A stretch of DNA of 64,000 bases from Candidatus Omnitrophota bacterium (GTDB lineage: Bacteria; Omnitrophota; Gorgyraeia; Zapsychrales; Fredricksoniimonadaceae), in the NCBI GenBank assembly GCA_030650275.1, contig JAUSEK010000015.1, positions 67,834 through 131,833 of the forward strand. The letters run 5' to 3'. The notes beneath the pieces were generated by a model. That model was given only the letters and a program-made list of their open reading frames with translations. It had not been told where the DNA came from and did not search any database. Of the stretch, positions 21,476-32,301 are shown one piece after another. The position numbers and the translations under genes were made by a program. Every line of letters starts with the position of its first letter. The stretch's first letter is position 1.

Positions 21476-22861
21476 AGAAATATTTTTCACTCTTTTGCCT
21501 TTCGCACCACGGCCGCCATCGTCCTGTCGATGACGGCCCTTGTTTTTTTAAGCGGCATCCTCATTTATCAGTTCACGTTCCGGTCCCAGTTTGAAGGCAT
21601 CCGCGAGCGGCTCAAGGTCATTGCCCAGACCGCGGCTTTGATCGTGGACGCCAACGAGGTCCGCAACATCCCCCTCAACATGGAGGGGGTCAAGACCCCG
21701 GAATACCAGCACATCATCGACCAGTTAAGTCGCATCAAGGCCGCCAACGAACAGGTCAAATTTGTTTATATCCTGACAAAAACCGACGCGTCCGATATCT
21801 GGCATTTTGTGGCGGACCCGGATTTTGGCCGGCATGAGCGCTCCTCCAGCCCCGGCGAACCGTATAACGCCGGACGTTTTCCGGAATTGCTGAGCGGCCT
21901 TGACAGGCCTTCCGCCGACAAGAAGCTGGAGGTCGACGAGTGGGGCAAGACCCTTTCCGGTTACGCGCCCATCCGTGACGCCCTGGGCCGGCCCATCGCT
22001 GTTTTGGGCGTGGACATTGAGGCCAGCGACATTTATGCCATGGAAAAAGAGGTCATGGTCAGGGTGCTGATCACCCTGGCCGCGGGCATTATTTTTGCCC
22101 TGGCGCTGGGGTTTTTGATCTCTTCGCGCGTCGTGGCCCCCATCCGCCAGCTCATTGCCGGCACCCGCACGATCGCCGAGGGCAATTTGCATCATCAGGT
22201 GCGGATCACGCGCGGGGATGAGATCGGCGAATTAGCGGACTCTTTTAATGCCATGGCCAAAAGCCTGGATGTTTCCCGCAAGAAGCTGGTCAGTTATTTT
22301 TTTGACACCGTCAAGTCCTTGGTCACCGTCCTGGAAGTGCGCGACCAGTACACGCTGGGACATTCCGAATCCGTGGCGTATTTTTCCCAAAAGATCGCTT
22401 CAAAAATGGGCATAGACCCCCAGATCATGGAAGTGTTCAGCAACATTACGCTTCTGCATGATATCGGCAAGGTCGGGGTGCGCGACAGCGTTTTGAACAA
22501 GCCCGGGAAGCTCGATGAGGAAGAGTGGAAGGCCATTAAACTGCACCCGGTGCTGGGCGAGCAGATCCTTAAGCCCATTCTGCAGGACAAGACCATGCTG
22601 GCCGTCATCCGCAATCATCACGAACGTTTTGATGGCCAGGGTTATCCCGACGGCTTGGCGGGCGAGCAGATCCCGCTTTTGGTCGCCATCGTCACCGTTG
22701 CCGATAGTTACGATGCCATGACGTCCACCCGCTCTTACCGCAAGGCCCTGCCCCGCGAAGCGGCCGTTGAGCAATTGGTCAAGAACCGCGGCACACAGTT
22801 CCGCCCCGATGTGGTGGACGCTTTCCTGAAAGTTCTGGCCGAAGAGCCCGAGGTCCTTTGA
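21473..22861 (+). CDS. Membrane-bound HD-GYP phosphodiesterase with Cache-like sensor and HAMP
   Basis: Two TM helices, HAMP DEIGELADSFNAM, HSESV, HDIGK, HHERFDGQGYPDGL. Confidence 0.9.
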   Translation: MRNIFHSFAFRTTAAIVLSMTALVFLSGILIYQFTFRSQFEGIRERLKVIAQTAALIVDANEVRNIPLNMEGVKTPEYQHIIDQLSRIKAANEQVKFVYILTKTDASDIWHFVADPDFGRHERSSSPGEPYNAGRFPELLSGLDRPSADKKLEVDEWGKTLSGYAPIRDALGRPIAVLGVDIEASDIYAMEKEVMVRVLITLAAGIIFALALGFLISSRVVAPIRQLIAGTRTIAEGNLHHQVRITRGDEIGELADSFNAMAKSLDVSRKKLVSYFFDTVKSLVTVLEVRDQYTLGHSESVAYFSQKIASKMGIDPQIMEVFSNITLLHDIGKVGVRDSVLNKPGKLDEEEWKAIKLHPVLGEQILKPILQDKTMLAVIRNHHERFDGQGYPDGLAGEQIPLLVAIVTVADSYDAMTSTRSYRKALPREAAVEQLVKNRGTQFRPDVVDAFLKVLAEEPEVL

Positions 22862-22862
22862 C

Positions 22863-23687
22863 ATGTTCGCCATTGCCCTGATCATTTTCCGGGAAGTTTT
22901 AGAAATTGCGCTGATCCTCGGCATCCTGATGGCCGCCACCCGTGGGCTTGCCAAGCGCACCCAATGGGTATGGGTGGGGTTTTTCGGCGGGGTCGGAGGG
23001 TCGGCGCTCGTCGCATTTTTTGCCGACCGCATCTCTCAGGCCTTCCAGGGCATGGGGCAGGAAGTGATGAACGCCGCCATTCTTCTGACAGCGGCCGCCT
23101 TGATCGGCTGGACAGTCATCTGGATGGCCCGTCACGCCCACGAGTTGACCAGGGAGTTCAAGGAGATCGGACAGGCGGTCACCAAAAAGGAAAAGCCCAT
23201 CTATACGCTGGCCGTGGTCGTCGGGCTCTCCGTTTTAAGGGAGGGTTCAGAGATCGTCATGTTCATCTACAGCGCTTTGGTCACGGGCGGCAAGGTGTTC
23301 GATCTTGGCGTCGGATTTTTCATCGGGGGCTGTGCCGGCGCGATCCTCGGCCTCATCATTTATTATGGGCTCATGAAAGTTCCGACGAGGCAGATCTTCG
23401 GGGTGACCAGCTGGATGCTGATCCTGCTGACGGCGGGCATGGTGTCCCACGCTTTTGGTTATCTGACGGCGGCGGGCAAGGTGCCTGAGATCATTCCGGT
23501 CATCTGGGACACCACACGGATCATGTCCCAGGAGAGCATGGCAGGACGGGTGTTGGGCGTGCTGACGGGCTATACCGCGCGCCCGTCGGGGATGCAAATT
23601 TTGATGTACGGCCTGACCCTGTTGACGTTGGGGACTTTTTTAAATATCTGCGGCCGCCATCGCTCGCCTCAACCCCTCGTTCGGTGA
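22863..23687 (+). CDS. FTR1/EfeU family iron permease
   Basis: Two RExxE motifs (FREVLE, LREGSE); multiple TM helices. Confidence 0.9.
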   Translation: MFAIALIIFREVLEIALILGILMAATRGLAKRTQWVWVGFFGGVGGSALVAFFADRISQAFQGMGQEVMNAAILLTAAALIGWTVIWMARHAHELTREFKEIGQAVTKKEKPIYTLAVVVGLSVLREGSEIVMFIYSALVTGGKVFDLGVGFFIGGCAGAILGLIIYYGLMKVPTRQIFGVTSWMLILLTAGMVSHAFGYLTAAGKVPEIIPVIWDTTRIMSQESMAGRVLGVLTGYTARPSGMQILMYGLTLLTLGTFLNICGRHRSPQPLVR

Positions 23688-24307
23688 TTGATATATTCCC
23701 AGATTGCGGGGATCATGGAGATCACGACGATGCCCAGGACGACCCAAGAAAAGTTTTTCGCGACAAAGGCAAGGCCCCCGAACAGATAGCCGGCGCCCAA
23801 TCCGACGCTGACCCATAGGATGCCGCCCGTGATGTTGTAAAGGGCAAAGCGGCGGTAGGGCATGGCCCCGACGCCGGCCAAAAACGGGGCAAAGGTGCGG
23901 ATGATGGGCAAAAAACGCGCCAGGATGATCGTTTTATTGCCGTATTTCGCGTAGAATTTCTTGGTTTTTTCCAGATGTTCCGTTTTAAGGAAACGGACGT
24001 GGCGATCACTGAATATTTTTGTGGCGCACCAGGCGCCGATATAATAGTTGACGGCATCGCCCAAAACCGCGGCAACAGCCAACAGCACCCAGAGAATGTC
24101 CATGCGTAGAACGCCCTTGGCGGCCAGGGCCCCCAGCACGAACAACAGGGAATCGCCCGGCAATAACGGCAGGACCACCAGCCCTGTTTCGCAAAAGATG
24201 ATCAAAAAAAGCAGGGCGTAGGTCCAGATCCCCCAAGCAGCGGCGATGGCACCGATGTAGGCGTCCAGATGGATGAAAAAATCCAGGCATTGTTTGATGA
24301 TGTCCAC
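23669..24307 (-). CDS. dedA: DedA family membrane protein
   Basis: FCETGLVVLPLLPGDSLLF, ARFLPIIRTFAPF; GTG start after AGGAG. Confidence 0.92.
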   Translation of the reverse strand: MDIIKQCLDFFIHLDAYIGAIAAAWGIWTYALLFLIIFCETGLVVLPLLPGDSLLFVLGALAAKGVLRMDILWVLLAVAAVLGDAVNYYIGAWCATKIFSDRHVRFLKTEHLEKTKKFYAKYGNKTIILARFLPIIRTFAPFLAGVGAMPYRRFALYNITGGILWVSVGLGAGYLFGGLAFVAKNFSWVVLGIVVISMIPAIWEYINHRTRG

Positions 24308-24360
24308 AAATTCTCCTATAATGACCAAGAGAATCATAACCAAAGCCAGGGGCCTGTGCC

Positions 24361-25020
24361 ATGAAAAAATTTAAATACATTGTCATCATTCTTATTGTGG
24401 TCACGGCGGGCGCCTGGCTGGCCCAGCATTTTTACGAGCAGAAGGTCCTGCGGGAGATCATTGCCCGCCTTGAGGCGGATTCGCGCGCGGCCGAAGTCCT
24501 GGTGGTCGGGGTCAACTATAACGAGGAGCTGAAAAAGAATTTTACGACGATCAAGTTTTTAGAATACGACACCCGCGGCCGTCCGCTCGCGTCCAAATAT
24601 TTCACCTTCCCCGGCAATGTCATCCAATTCCAGTCGCTGGTGGTGCGTTTTGATGACCGTTTCGTGGCCGCGGGCAACGCCCTAAAAGGAAAAAGCGTGT
24701 ATCTTTTCTGGAAGGCCTTCATGCTCGACGGCGAAAAGACCAAAGAATACCCGATCACGTATTTGAATGAGGTCCCCGGCGGATATAAAATTACGGACAA
24801 GAGCGATGCGGCCGAACAAGGGTTTTGGCGGCGTTTTTGGGATTACGCGTTTGACAAAGAAGCCGCGGACAAGGCGGGCATCAAGAACGTGCAGATCGAG
24901 GCGCCGGGGGCTGTTTTTATCCCGGGATATTTTTATACCATCAGGATCGAACACGACGGCGGCCTGCGCATTGACACAAAACCCCTGCCGGACATTGTCA
25001 GGGGAGAGCGCGTGCTTTAG
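24361..25020 (+). CDS. Hypothetical membrane-anchored protein
   Basis: 219-aa ORF with an N-terminal TM helix and host-like codon usage; no family recognised. Confidence 0.7.
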   Translation: MKKFKYIVIILIVVTAGAWLAQHFYEQKVLREIIARLEADSRAAEVLVVGVNYNEELKKNFTTIKFLEYDTRGRPLASKYFTFPGNVIQFQSLVVRFDDRFVAAGNALKGKSVYLFWKAFMLDGEKTKEYPITYLNEVPGGYKITDKSDAAEQGFWRRFWDYAFDKEAADKAGIKNVQIEAPGAVFIPGYFYTIRIEHDGGLRIDTKPLPDIVRGERVL

Positions 25021-26647
25021 CCCGCAGCGCTTCATTGATCATCCGCAGGGCCTGCTGGACGCTTTGGTCCTCGGGGTCGGAGCGCGCCACGACTTCAAGA
25101 TATTTTTTTGCCTCTTCCCAATTCCCCAATTGAAAATACAATTGTGCCAGCGACCGGTAGGAAAAGATAAATCTTGGATCCAGGGCAATGGCCTTTTTGA
25201 AATTTTCAAGGGCCAGCGCCGTGCGCCCGGTGTCGCGGTACGTTCCGGCGATATTGTGATAGGCCACGGGATTTTCCGGGTTCAGGGCAATGGCTTTGAG
25301 GTAGATCGTCTCGGCCTTGTCATGAATGCCTTTGTTGGCGTATTCCATCCCCAGATTATTAATGACACGGTAGCTGTCCGGCGCCGTCTTGACCAGTTTT
25401 TCATAAAATATGATGGACGTGCGCCAGTCCAGGTTACGGCGTACATTAATGCCGATAAAAATGATGAGCACAAGGACTAGGACCTTCAGGAGGGTCGGCC
25501 CCAAATTTTTCCGGCGCCCCCATTCCATGGCCGCGTCCACGACGATCAACACCACGCCGATCATGGGCAGGTATAAAAAATGTTCATACAAGACGGCGTT
25601 GATGGGCACAAGCACGTTGGATGCGGGGGCGATGGCGATGAAAAACCAACCGATGCCGTAACTGACCAGGGGCTTTTTTTGCCAGCATCGTAACCCCGCC
25701 CAAAGCATTCCAGCAACCAAAGCTCCGCCGAAAAGAACGTCGGGCTCGAAGAAGGACTGGGCCCAGGGCAGCTGGCGTTCCACGCGCAGGTCGTGGGGGA
25801 AAAATAAAAATCCGGCGTATTGGCTCATGGCTTTAAAGAAGGTCAACAGCCGCAAGCCCATGTCCGTCGTGAACGCGTTGTCCGCGTTGTAAAAGTTAAA
25901 ACTGTTTGAGAAGTTCAGGACCGTGGCGCGCAAGATGACGTAGACAACAGCGAGGACTAAAAAAGGCCAGCACGTCGTCAAGGTCCGCGACAAGCGTTTG
26001 AAAAAAGAGCCGCTGTTTAAAAGCAGGAAGTCGGTGAAAGGAATAAGCGCGGCCAGGACAAAACCGGTTTCCTTGGACATGATGCCCAGAGGGAGCATCA
26101 GGAGGCCCAGGTAATAGGGGGGGCTTAAAAACGCGCTGACCTTTGACTGGCGGAACCGGACGTAAAGGATGAGGCCGCTGAAAATGAAGACCGAAGCCAG
26201 GGAATCGCCCAGACTGTTGACGTAGACAACGGCTTCGTTATGGACCGGATGGGCGACAAAAAGCACGGCCGTGATCAGTGAAAGCGCCCGGCGGCCGAAA
26301 AGCCGGTTTAACAAAAAATACAGCGTGATGCCAGCGCCAATATGCGCCCCGACACTGATGGCGTGCCATCCGTACACCCAATTCTGCCACCAATGCCATT
26401 CGGCCGCAAAGACGGTCAATAACAGCGGACGCCAGTAATTGCTGACCAGATAAGAGCCGGCCACCAGGTTTTGGGTGAAGAATTCAGGGAAATGGCGCCA
26501 CTCCTTGATGAACCTGTTCTTGAGGATGAAATCGTCGTCATCCCAGAACATGGCATTGGGCAGGCAGTTGATGTAGGCGCACGCGCCGACGATGACCAGA
26601 AGGGTCACGGCAAGGAGGGTGAACGTGCGGGGGTTGTTGATCTTCAT
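24998..26647 (-). CDS. TMTC-like GT-C glycosyltransferase with C-terminal TPR repeats
   Basis: FWDDD, YWRPL, HPVHNEAV, SKETG, EHFLYLP; TPR repeats NNLGMEY and YHNIAGTY. Confidence 0.82.
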   Translation of the reverse strand: MKINNPRTFTLLAVTLLVIVGACAYINCLPNAMFWDDDDFILKNRFIKEWRHFPEFFTQNLVAGSYLVSNYWRPLLLTVFAAEWHWWQNWVYGWHAISVGAHIGAGITLYFLLNRLFGRRALSLITAVLFVAHPVHNEAVVYVNSLGDSLASVFIFSGLILYVRFRQSKVSAFLSPPYYLGLLMLPLGIMSKETGFVLAALIPFTDFLLLNSGSFFKRLSRTLTTCWPFLVLAVVYVILRATVLNFSNSFNFYNADNAFTTDMGLRLLTFFKAMSQYAGFLFFPHDLRVERQLPWAQSFFEPDVLFGGALVAGMLWAGLRCWQKKPLVSYGIGWFFIAIAPASNVLVPINAVLYEHFLYLPMIGVVLIVVDAAMEWGRRKNLGPTLLKVLVLVLIIFIGINVRRNLDWRTSIIFYEKLVKTAPDSYRVINNLGMEYANKGIHDKAETIYLKAIALNPENPVAYHNIAGTYRDTGRTALALENFKKAIALDPRFIFSYRSLAQLYFQLGNWEEAKKYLEVVARSDPEDQSVQQALRMINEALRAKARALP

Positions 26648-26722
26648 CGGTCATTTATTTTACTGCAAAACGGTAATTTTTATACCGTAAAATGGGCAAA
26701 TCGTGATATATTTAAAAATCTC

Positions 26723-26815
26723 ATGAAGATCCACGAATATCAAGCCAGAGATTTATTCGCTGAATACGGCATTCCCAATATTCCCTGTTCCTTCGATGGC
26801 GGAGGGGTTGTATGA
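26723..26815 (+). pseudogene. Orphan duplicate of the sucC 5' end (30-aa ORF)
   Basis: [30 protein letters not shown]; 16/18 aa identical to the SucC N-terminus; its stop overlaps the sucC ATG (ATGA). Confidence 0.75.
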
Positions 26816-27942
26816 AAATTCATGAATACCAAGCAAGAAGCTTATTTACCGAGTATGGTATTCCGACTGCGACTGGGGACGTTGCCGCCACATCGCAGGA
26901 GGCCGTGGCCATTGCCCGCAAGACCGGGTTTCCCGTCGTGGTCAAGGCCCAGGTCTTGGTCGGCGGCCGGGGCAAGGCCGGCGGGGTGAAGGTCGTTGCC
27001 GATGAAGCGTCCCTGATCTTAGAATTCAACCGCATTAAAAATTTGACCATCAAGGGCTATAGCGTTGACCGTCTGCTGGTGGCCAAAGCCATTGACATCA
27101 AAAAAGAGTATTATGTCGCGGTGACCATTGACAATGTCAGGGGTGACGCGGTCATCATTGCCTCGGCTGACGGCGGGGTGGACATTGAAGAGACCGCCAG
27201 GACCAGTCCTGAGAAAATATTGAAGTTTTATACGCAGGGGCAAAAGACCCTGGATGAATCCCGCTGGGCCCTGGTCGCGGCGCAATTGTTTTCCGACGTC
27301 CGCCTGCAGCAAAGCGCCACGGTGATCATTGCCCGGCTCCTGAAACTTTTTTTTGAAAAGGACTGCTCGCTGGCGGAGATCAACCCGTTTGTCATCAACA
27401 GAGAGGGCAATTGGATGGCCGCGGACGCCAAGATCATCATTGACGACAACGCGCTTTTCCGTCAGGAAAAGATCCGCGGCCTGCGCGATCTCCAATACGA
27501 CGACGCGGACGAGATGGAGGCCAAGGAAAAGGGCTTGAGCTTCGTCAAACTGGAAGGCAATGTGGGGTGCATCGTCAACGGCGCGGGCCTGGCCATGGGC
27601 ACCATGGATGCCATCAAACTTTTGGGCGGACAGCCGGCCAATTTTCTGGACGTCGGCGGCAGTTCCAATCCCGAAAAGGTCTTGAGCGCGTTCAAGATCA
27701 TTTTGCGCAACAAAGACGTCAAGGTCGTCCTGATGAATATTTTCGGCGGCATCACCCGCTGCGACGACATCGCCAACGGCATTTTGGCCGCGCGCAAGCA
27801 GATCAAAATTCCCGTGCCTTTGGTCGTGCGCCTGACCGGCACCAATGAGCGCGAGGCCAGGGAGATATTGAGCAAGTCAGGGCTGAACCCGTTCACGTCC
27901 ATGCGTCAGGCGGTCATGGAAGCGGTAAAATTAGCAAAGTAG
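26812..27942 (+). CDS. sucC: Succinyl-CoA synthetase beta subunit
   Basis: [47 protein letters not shown]. Confidence 0.96.
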   Translation: MKIHEYQARSLFTEYGIPTATGDVAATSQEAVAIARKTGFPVVVKAQVLVGGRGKAGGVKVVADEASLILEFNRIKNLTIKGYSVDRLLVAKAIDIKKEYYVAVTIDNVRGDAVIIASADGGVDIEETARTSPEKILKFYTQGQKTLDESRWALVAAQLFSDVRLQQSATVIIARLLKLFFEKDCSLAEINPFVINREGNWMAADAKIIIDDNALFRQEKIRGLRDLQYDDADEMEAKEKGLSFVKLEGNVGCIVNGAGLAMGTMDAIKLLGGQPANFLDVGGSSNPEKVLSAFKIILRNKDVKVVLMNIFGGITRCDDIANGILAARKQIKIPVPLVVRLTGTNEREAREILSKSGLNPFTSMRQAVMEAVKLAK

Positions 27943-27993
27943 GGGCGATCCTTGTGATCGCCCTAAAAGGGCGAATACAAGATTCGCCCGTAC
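27939..27993. repeat. GTAG-family REP doublet
   Basis: gtaggggcgatccttgtgatcgccc-taaaa-gggcgaatacaagattcgcccgtac; its TAG is the sucC stop codon. Confidence 0.8.
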
Positions 27994-28000
27994 AAATAAT

Positions 28001-28870
28001 ATGTCCATTTTAATCGATCAAAACACGCGTGTCATTGTCCAAGGCATCACCGGCCGTGACGGCTCTTTTCACGCCAAACAAATGCTGGAATACGGGACCA
28101 AGGTCGTCGGCGGCGTGACCCCGGGCAAAGGCGGCCAGGACGTGCAGGGCATTCCGGTCTTTAATTCCGTCAAAGAGGCCAAGGACAAGACCGGCTGTGA
28201 TGCCGCGGTCATTTATGTGCCGGCCAAATTTGCCAAAGACGCCATGCTTGAGGACATTGCCGCGGGCATTGATCTGATCGTCTGCATCACCGAAGGGATC
28301 CCGGTCTTAGACATGGTGGAGGTCAAAAAGGCCTTAGTCGGCAGTCATTCGCGGCTGATCGGCCCCAACTGCCCGGGGCTTATCTCGCCGGGAAAATGCA
28401 AGATCGGCATTATGCCCGGACACATCCACAAGCCGGGTAATGTCGGGGTCGTGTCGCGCAGCGGCACGCTGACCTATGAGGTTGTTTTCAACCTTTCCGC
28501 CAATGACATGGGCCAGAGCACCTGCGTTGGCCTGGGGGGAGACCCCATCATCGGCACGCGTTTCGTAGAGGCGCTCAAGATGTTCCAGGAAGACCCGGAC
28601 ACCGGCGCCATCGTCATGGTCGGCGAGATCGGCGGCGACGACGAACAAACGGCCGCGCAGTTCATCAAAGACCATGTTACTAAACCGGTGGTGGCCTTTA
28701 TCGTCGGGCGCACCGCGCCCGCGGGCAAGCGCATGGGCCATGCCGGCGCCATCATTTCCTCGGGCGACAGCACGGCCGAGGCCAAGATGCAGATGCTCAA
28801 AGACGCCGGCGTCACCGTCATTGATTTCCCCGACGAAATTCCCCAAGCCCTCCTGGCGAAGATCAAATAA
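28001..28870 (+). CDS. sucD: Succinyl-CoA synthetase alpha subunit
   Basis: [35 protein letters not shown]. Confidence 0.96.
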   Translation: MSILIDQNTRVIVQGITGRDGSFHAKQMLEYGTKVVGGVTPGKGGQDVQGIPVFNSVKEAKDKTGCDAAVIYVPAKFAKDAMLEDIAAGIDLIVCITEGIPVLDMVEVKKALVGSHSRLIGPNCPGLISPGKCKIGIMPGHIHKPGNVGVVSRSGTLTYEVVFNLSANDMGQSTCVGLGGDPIIGTRFVEALKMFQEDPDTGAIVMVGEIGGDDEQTAAQFIKDHVTKPVVAFIVGRTAPAGKRMGHAGAIISSGDSTAEAKMQMLKDAGVTVIDFPDEIPQALLAKIK

Positions 28871-28921
28871 CCCACTGATATTTTGCTTGATTTTTGATGA
28901 TGGTAACACTATAATTCAAGT

Positions 28922-30205
28922 ATGAAATATCGCCACAGGATCATTGAATCCAAGCTTAAAAAATTAAAAGAACATTTCCCTGTGATCGTTGTTACCGGCG
29001 CCCGCCAGGTTGGCAAGAGCACTCTTCTGGCTTACCTTTTCGGGAAAAATGCCCGGCATATCGTTTTTGATCCGGTGACCGATGACCTTGGCGCGCGCCG
29101 GGATCCGGAATTTTTCCTTCAGCAAAACAAAACCCCGCTGATCCTCGATGAGATCCAATATTCGCCGGAATTGCTGCCCATTATCAAAAAGAAGATCGAT
29201 CAAGATCGCACGCCGGGGCAGTTTTTCTTGACCGGATCGCAAAATCTCTCTGTGATTAAGTCCATCAGCGAGAGCATGGCCGGCCGCGTGGCCATTGTTG
29301 ATATGGATGCCATGAGCGTCCCGGAACGCCTTGGGAAATTCAGTCCCGCATTGTGTTTTTGGTTTGAGGAAATACTGCGCGCGGGCAAGGGGGCGGTTTC
29401 ATTGGATCAATTGAGACGTTCCGGCGCCGTGCAAGCGCGTGGGAATCTTTTTAAAATGCTTTGGAGAGGCGGTTATCCGGGGACTTTAGACCTGCCGGAT
29501 GATCTATTGGCGGATTATTTTCAGTCATATATCCGCACCTATGTGGAGCGGGACATCCGCGTTATCGCGGAGGTCTCCGATCAGCAAACATTCAGCCGAT
29601 TCTTTGGCCTTGCTGCCGCGTTGACAGCGCAGGAAGTCAATTATAGCCATCTGGGCAGGGAGTTGGGGATCACCCCGCAAACCGCTTCGCGGTGGCTGAA
29701 CATCTTAAAAGCGACTTATCAATGGTTCGAACTTCCGCCTTATCACGGAAATTTGGTTAAGCGTTTGAGCAATAAAGGCAAAGGCTACCTCACCGACACG
29801 GGATTAGCTTGTTATCTCACCCGTGTTTCATCCCCGGAGGCGCTCGCTACACAGCCATTCTTGGGGGCTATATTTGAGACACACGTTGTCTTAGAGATCA
29901 AGAGGATGTTTTCCGCTGTTGTTTCGCCGGTCAATTTTTTTCATTGGCGCGCGCACAGCGGCGCTGAAGTGGATTTAGTGATAGAGCGGGATGGGATTCT
30001 CTGGCCGGTTGAGATCAAATGTAAAGCAAAGATCACTTCCGCAGACATCCGCGGTCTTACGGCTTTTCGTGAAGCCTACCCAAAACAATGCGGCATTGGT
30101 GTCCTGGTTGCTTCCGTTGAAGAGCCGTATTTTTATTCTAAGGATGTTCTTGTCCTTCCGTATTCACTTTGTGGGAACGCGGAAAAGGGGACGATCAGGG
30201 CATGA
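28922..30205 (+). CDS. AAA+ ATPase with DUF4143 domain
   Basis: TGARQVGKST, LDEIQ, TGSQ, ESMAGR, GGYP, EVDLV...VEIK; own promoter TTGATT-17-TATAAT. Confidence 0.88.
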   Translation: MKYRHRIIESKLKKLKEHFPVIVVTGARQVGKSTLLAYLFGKNARHIVFDPVTDDLGARRDPEFFLQQNKTPLILDEIQYSPELLPIIKKKIDQDRTPGQFFLTGSQNLSVIKSISESMAGRVAIVDMDAMSVPERLGKFSPALCFWFEEILRAGKGAVSLDQLRRSGAVQARGNLFKMLWRGGYPGTLDLPDDLLADYFQSYIRTYVERDIRVIAEVSDQQTFSRFFGLAAALTAQEVNYSHLGRELGITPQTASRWLNILKATYQWFELPPYHGNLVKRLSNKGKGYLTDTGLACYLTRVSSPEALATQPFLGAIFETHVVLEIKRMFSAVVSPVNFFHWRAHSGAEVDLVIERDGILWPVEIKCKAKITSADIRGLTAFREAYPKQCGIGVLVASVEEPYFYSKDVLVLPYSLCGNAEKGTIRA

Positions 30206-31299
30206 AAAAACTTAAAAATATTTTTATTTCCGCCATCCATCAGAACGCGGGCAAGACCACCCTGGCGCTGGGGCTGTATAAAAATTTTCAGGAACGCAAG
30301 ATCCGCACCGCGTTCATGAAGCCCGTCGGCCAGGAAACCGTTTCCATCGGCGGCGCGCCGGTGGACAAGGATTCCTACCTCATCGGCGAGGTCTATCACT
30401 GCGCCAAACGCATCAATGACATGAGCCCCATCACCGTGGGCCGCGGCTACACCGAGAAATACATCCTCAATCCCCAAAAGGAAGTCCTCCAGGAAAAGAT
30501 CTTAAAGTCGTTCCACACTCTGACCAAAGGCAAAGACGCCATCATCGTTGAGGGCACCGGCCACGCGGGCGTGGGGGCGGTCATTGACTGTTCCAACGCG
30601 GACGTGGCCGCGCTTTTGGGTTCCAACGTCATCATCGTGTCCCAGGGCGGCATCGGCCGCAGCATTGACGAGATCATGCTCAACAAGGCCCTCTTTGACC
30701 TGCGCGGGGTCCCGGTTTTGGGCGTTATCGTCAACAAGGTCATCCCGGAAAAACTGGAAAAGATCAAGAACATCGTCGGCAGGGGGCTGGCCAATAAGGG
30801 CATACGGCTTTTGGGCGTTATTCCGGAAACGGAACTGTTGAGCGCGCCCACGGTTGAGCAGATCAAGGAGCGTCTGGACCTGAAAGTGTTTTCCGGCGTG
30901 GAAAATTTGCAGGCCCGCGTTTATGACGTCATTGTCGCGGCCATGGAGCCCCATAATATGATGGGCCATTTGCGCGAGGGGGCCCTGGTCATCACCTCCG
31001 GCGACCGCGTGGACAATATTTTGGTGGCGGTCAGTTCCTACCTTTTACAGGAAGGCCGCAATATTAAGGTCGCGGGGCTTATCCTGACCGGAGGGCTTAT
31101 CCCGGATGACAAGATCGCGGGCCTCCTTAAGGACAGCCATATCCCCGTGCTTTGCTGTGAAGCCGACACCTACACCATTGCCGCGGCCATTGAAAACCTC
31201 ACCTGCAAGATCCAGAAGACCGACAAAGACAAGATCCATGAAGCCCACCGCTTGATCAAAGGCCATGTCAATGTGGACATGATCCTCGAGAACCTGTAA
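30202..31299 (+). CDS. BioD-like P-loop plus DRTGG-domain protein (Pta N-terminal-like)
   Basis: NAGKTT, MKPVG, VEGTGH, GDRVD, LTGG. Confidence 0.8.
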   Translation: MKKLKNIFISAIHQNAGKTTLALGLYKNFQERKIRTAFMKPVGQETVSIGGAPVDKDSYLIGEVYHCAKRINDMSPITVGRGYTEKYILNPQKEVLQEKILKSFHTLTKGKDAIIVEGTGHAGVGAVIDCSNADVAALLGSNVIIVSQGGIGRSIDEIMLNKALFDLRGVPVLGVIVNKVIPEKLEKIKNIVGRGLANKGIRLLGVIPETELLSAPTVEQIKERLDLKVFSGVENLQARVYDVIVAAMEPHNMMGHLREGALVITSGDRVDNILVAVSSYLLQEGRNIKVAGLILTGGLIPDDKIAGLLKDSHIPVLCCEADTYTIAAAIENLTCKIQKTDKDKIHEAHRLIKGHVNVDMILENL

Positions 31300-31304
31300 A
31301 CCCT

Positions 31305-31330
31305 GCCCCGCCATAGGCGGGGCCTCTTTA
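31305..31330 (+). terminator. Putative intrinsic terminator hairpin
   Basis: gccccgcc-ata-ggcggggc followed by ctcttta. Confidence 0.5.
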
Positions 31331-31376
31331 TGAGTAAATTCTTGACTATTCGTTCGTTATTATTTAAATTAATCAA

Positions 31377-31730
31377 ATGATAGAGTATATTGCAATTATA
31401 TTCGCTTTCCTATCTGCATTGGCCATTGCCGCGCTTTTACTGACCTTACCGAAGTTCCTTAGTCCCAAAGTCCCCAGTGAAGCGAAATCAAAGCCCTTTG
31501 AATGCGGCATGGAGCCCTTTGCTTTGCCAGGAGGGAACATGCCGGTGCATTTCTATATTGTGGCGATGCTTTTTATCGTGTTTGACGTTGAGCTGGTCTT
31601 TCTTTTTCCCTGGGCTGTCCTGTTTAGGGAATTGGGTGTTTTCGGGCTGGCGGAGATGGCTGTTTTCCTGGGGTTTGTGGCCCTGGGTTTCTGGTATGTT
31701 TGGAAAAAAAGAGCATTAGAGTGGGGGTGA
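31377..31730 (+). CDS. nuoA: NADH-quinone oxidoreductase subunit A
   Basis: PFECG, FIVFDVE, LFPWA, ALEW. Confidence 0.95.
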   Translation: MIEYIAIIFAFLSALAIAALLLTLPKFLSPKVPSEAKSKPFECGMEPFALPGGNMPVHFYIVAMLFIVFDVELVFLFPWAVLFRELGVFGLAEMAVFLGFVALGFWYVWKKRALEWG

Positions 31731-31734
31731 GCAC

Positions 31735-32301
31735 ATGTCTTTCTTAAGTTCCCCGACCGGTTTCTTGACTTCGACGATCAAAGATGCTCTGGGTTGGGCG
31801 CGCAAGTATTCCATTTTCCAATACCCGTTCGTTACGGCCTGCTGCGGCATGGAGTATATGTCCACCGCCGCCTCCCACTATGATGTGGACCGTTTCGGCG
31901 CGGGTTTTCCGCGTTTTTCCCCCCGGCAATCGGACGTCCTTTTTGTCGTCGGGACGATCAGCCACAAAATGGCCCCGGTCTTAAAGACCATTCATGACCA
32001 GATGTGCGAACCGAAATGGGTGGTGGCCTTCGGGGTTTGCACCTGCACCGGAGGGTTTTACGACAATTATTCAACCGTCATGGGCATTGACACCATCATT
32101 CCCGTGGACATTTATATCCCCGGCTGTCCTCCTCGTCCGGAGAACGTCATTGATGGCTTGATGAAACTCCAGGAGAAGATCCAAAAAGGGGAGCAGTCAA
32201 GGACCTTATATGACCCGCGCACCAAAACAGGCCGGCCTGCCGAATTAAGCCAGGGATATTCCATTGAGCAACATATCAAACACATAGAATCCTCGCCATG
32301 A
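31735..32301 (+). CDS. nuoB: NADH-quinone oxidoreductase subunit B
   Basis: TACCGME, SPRQSD, IPGCPPRP. Confidence 0.95.
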   Translation: MSFLSSPTGFLTSTIKDALGWARKYSIFQYPFVTACCGMEYMSTAASHYDVDRFGAGFPRFSPRQSDVLFVVGTISHKMAPVLKTIHDQMCEPKWVVAFGVCTCTGGFYDNYSTVMGIDTIIPVDIYIPGCPPRPENVIDGLMKLQEKIQKGEQSRTLYDPRTKTGRPAELSQGYSIEQHIKHIESSP

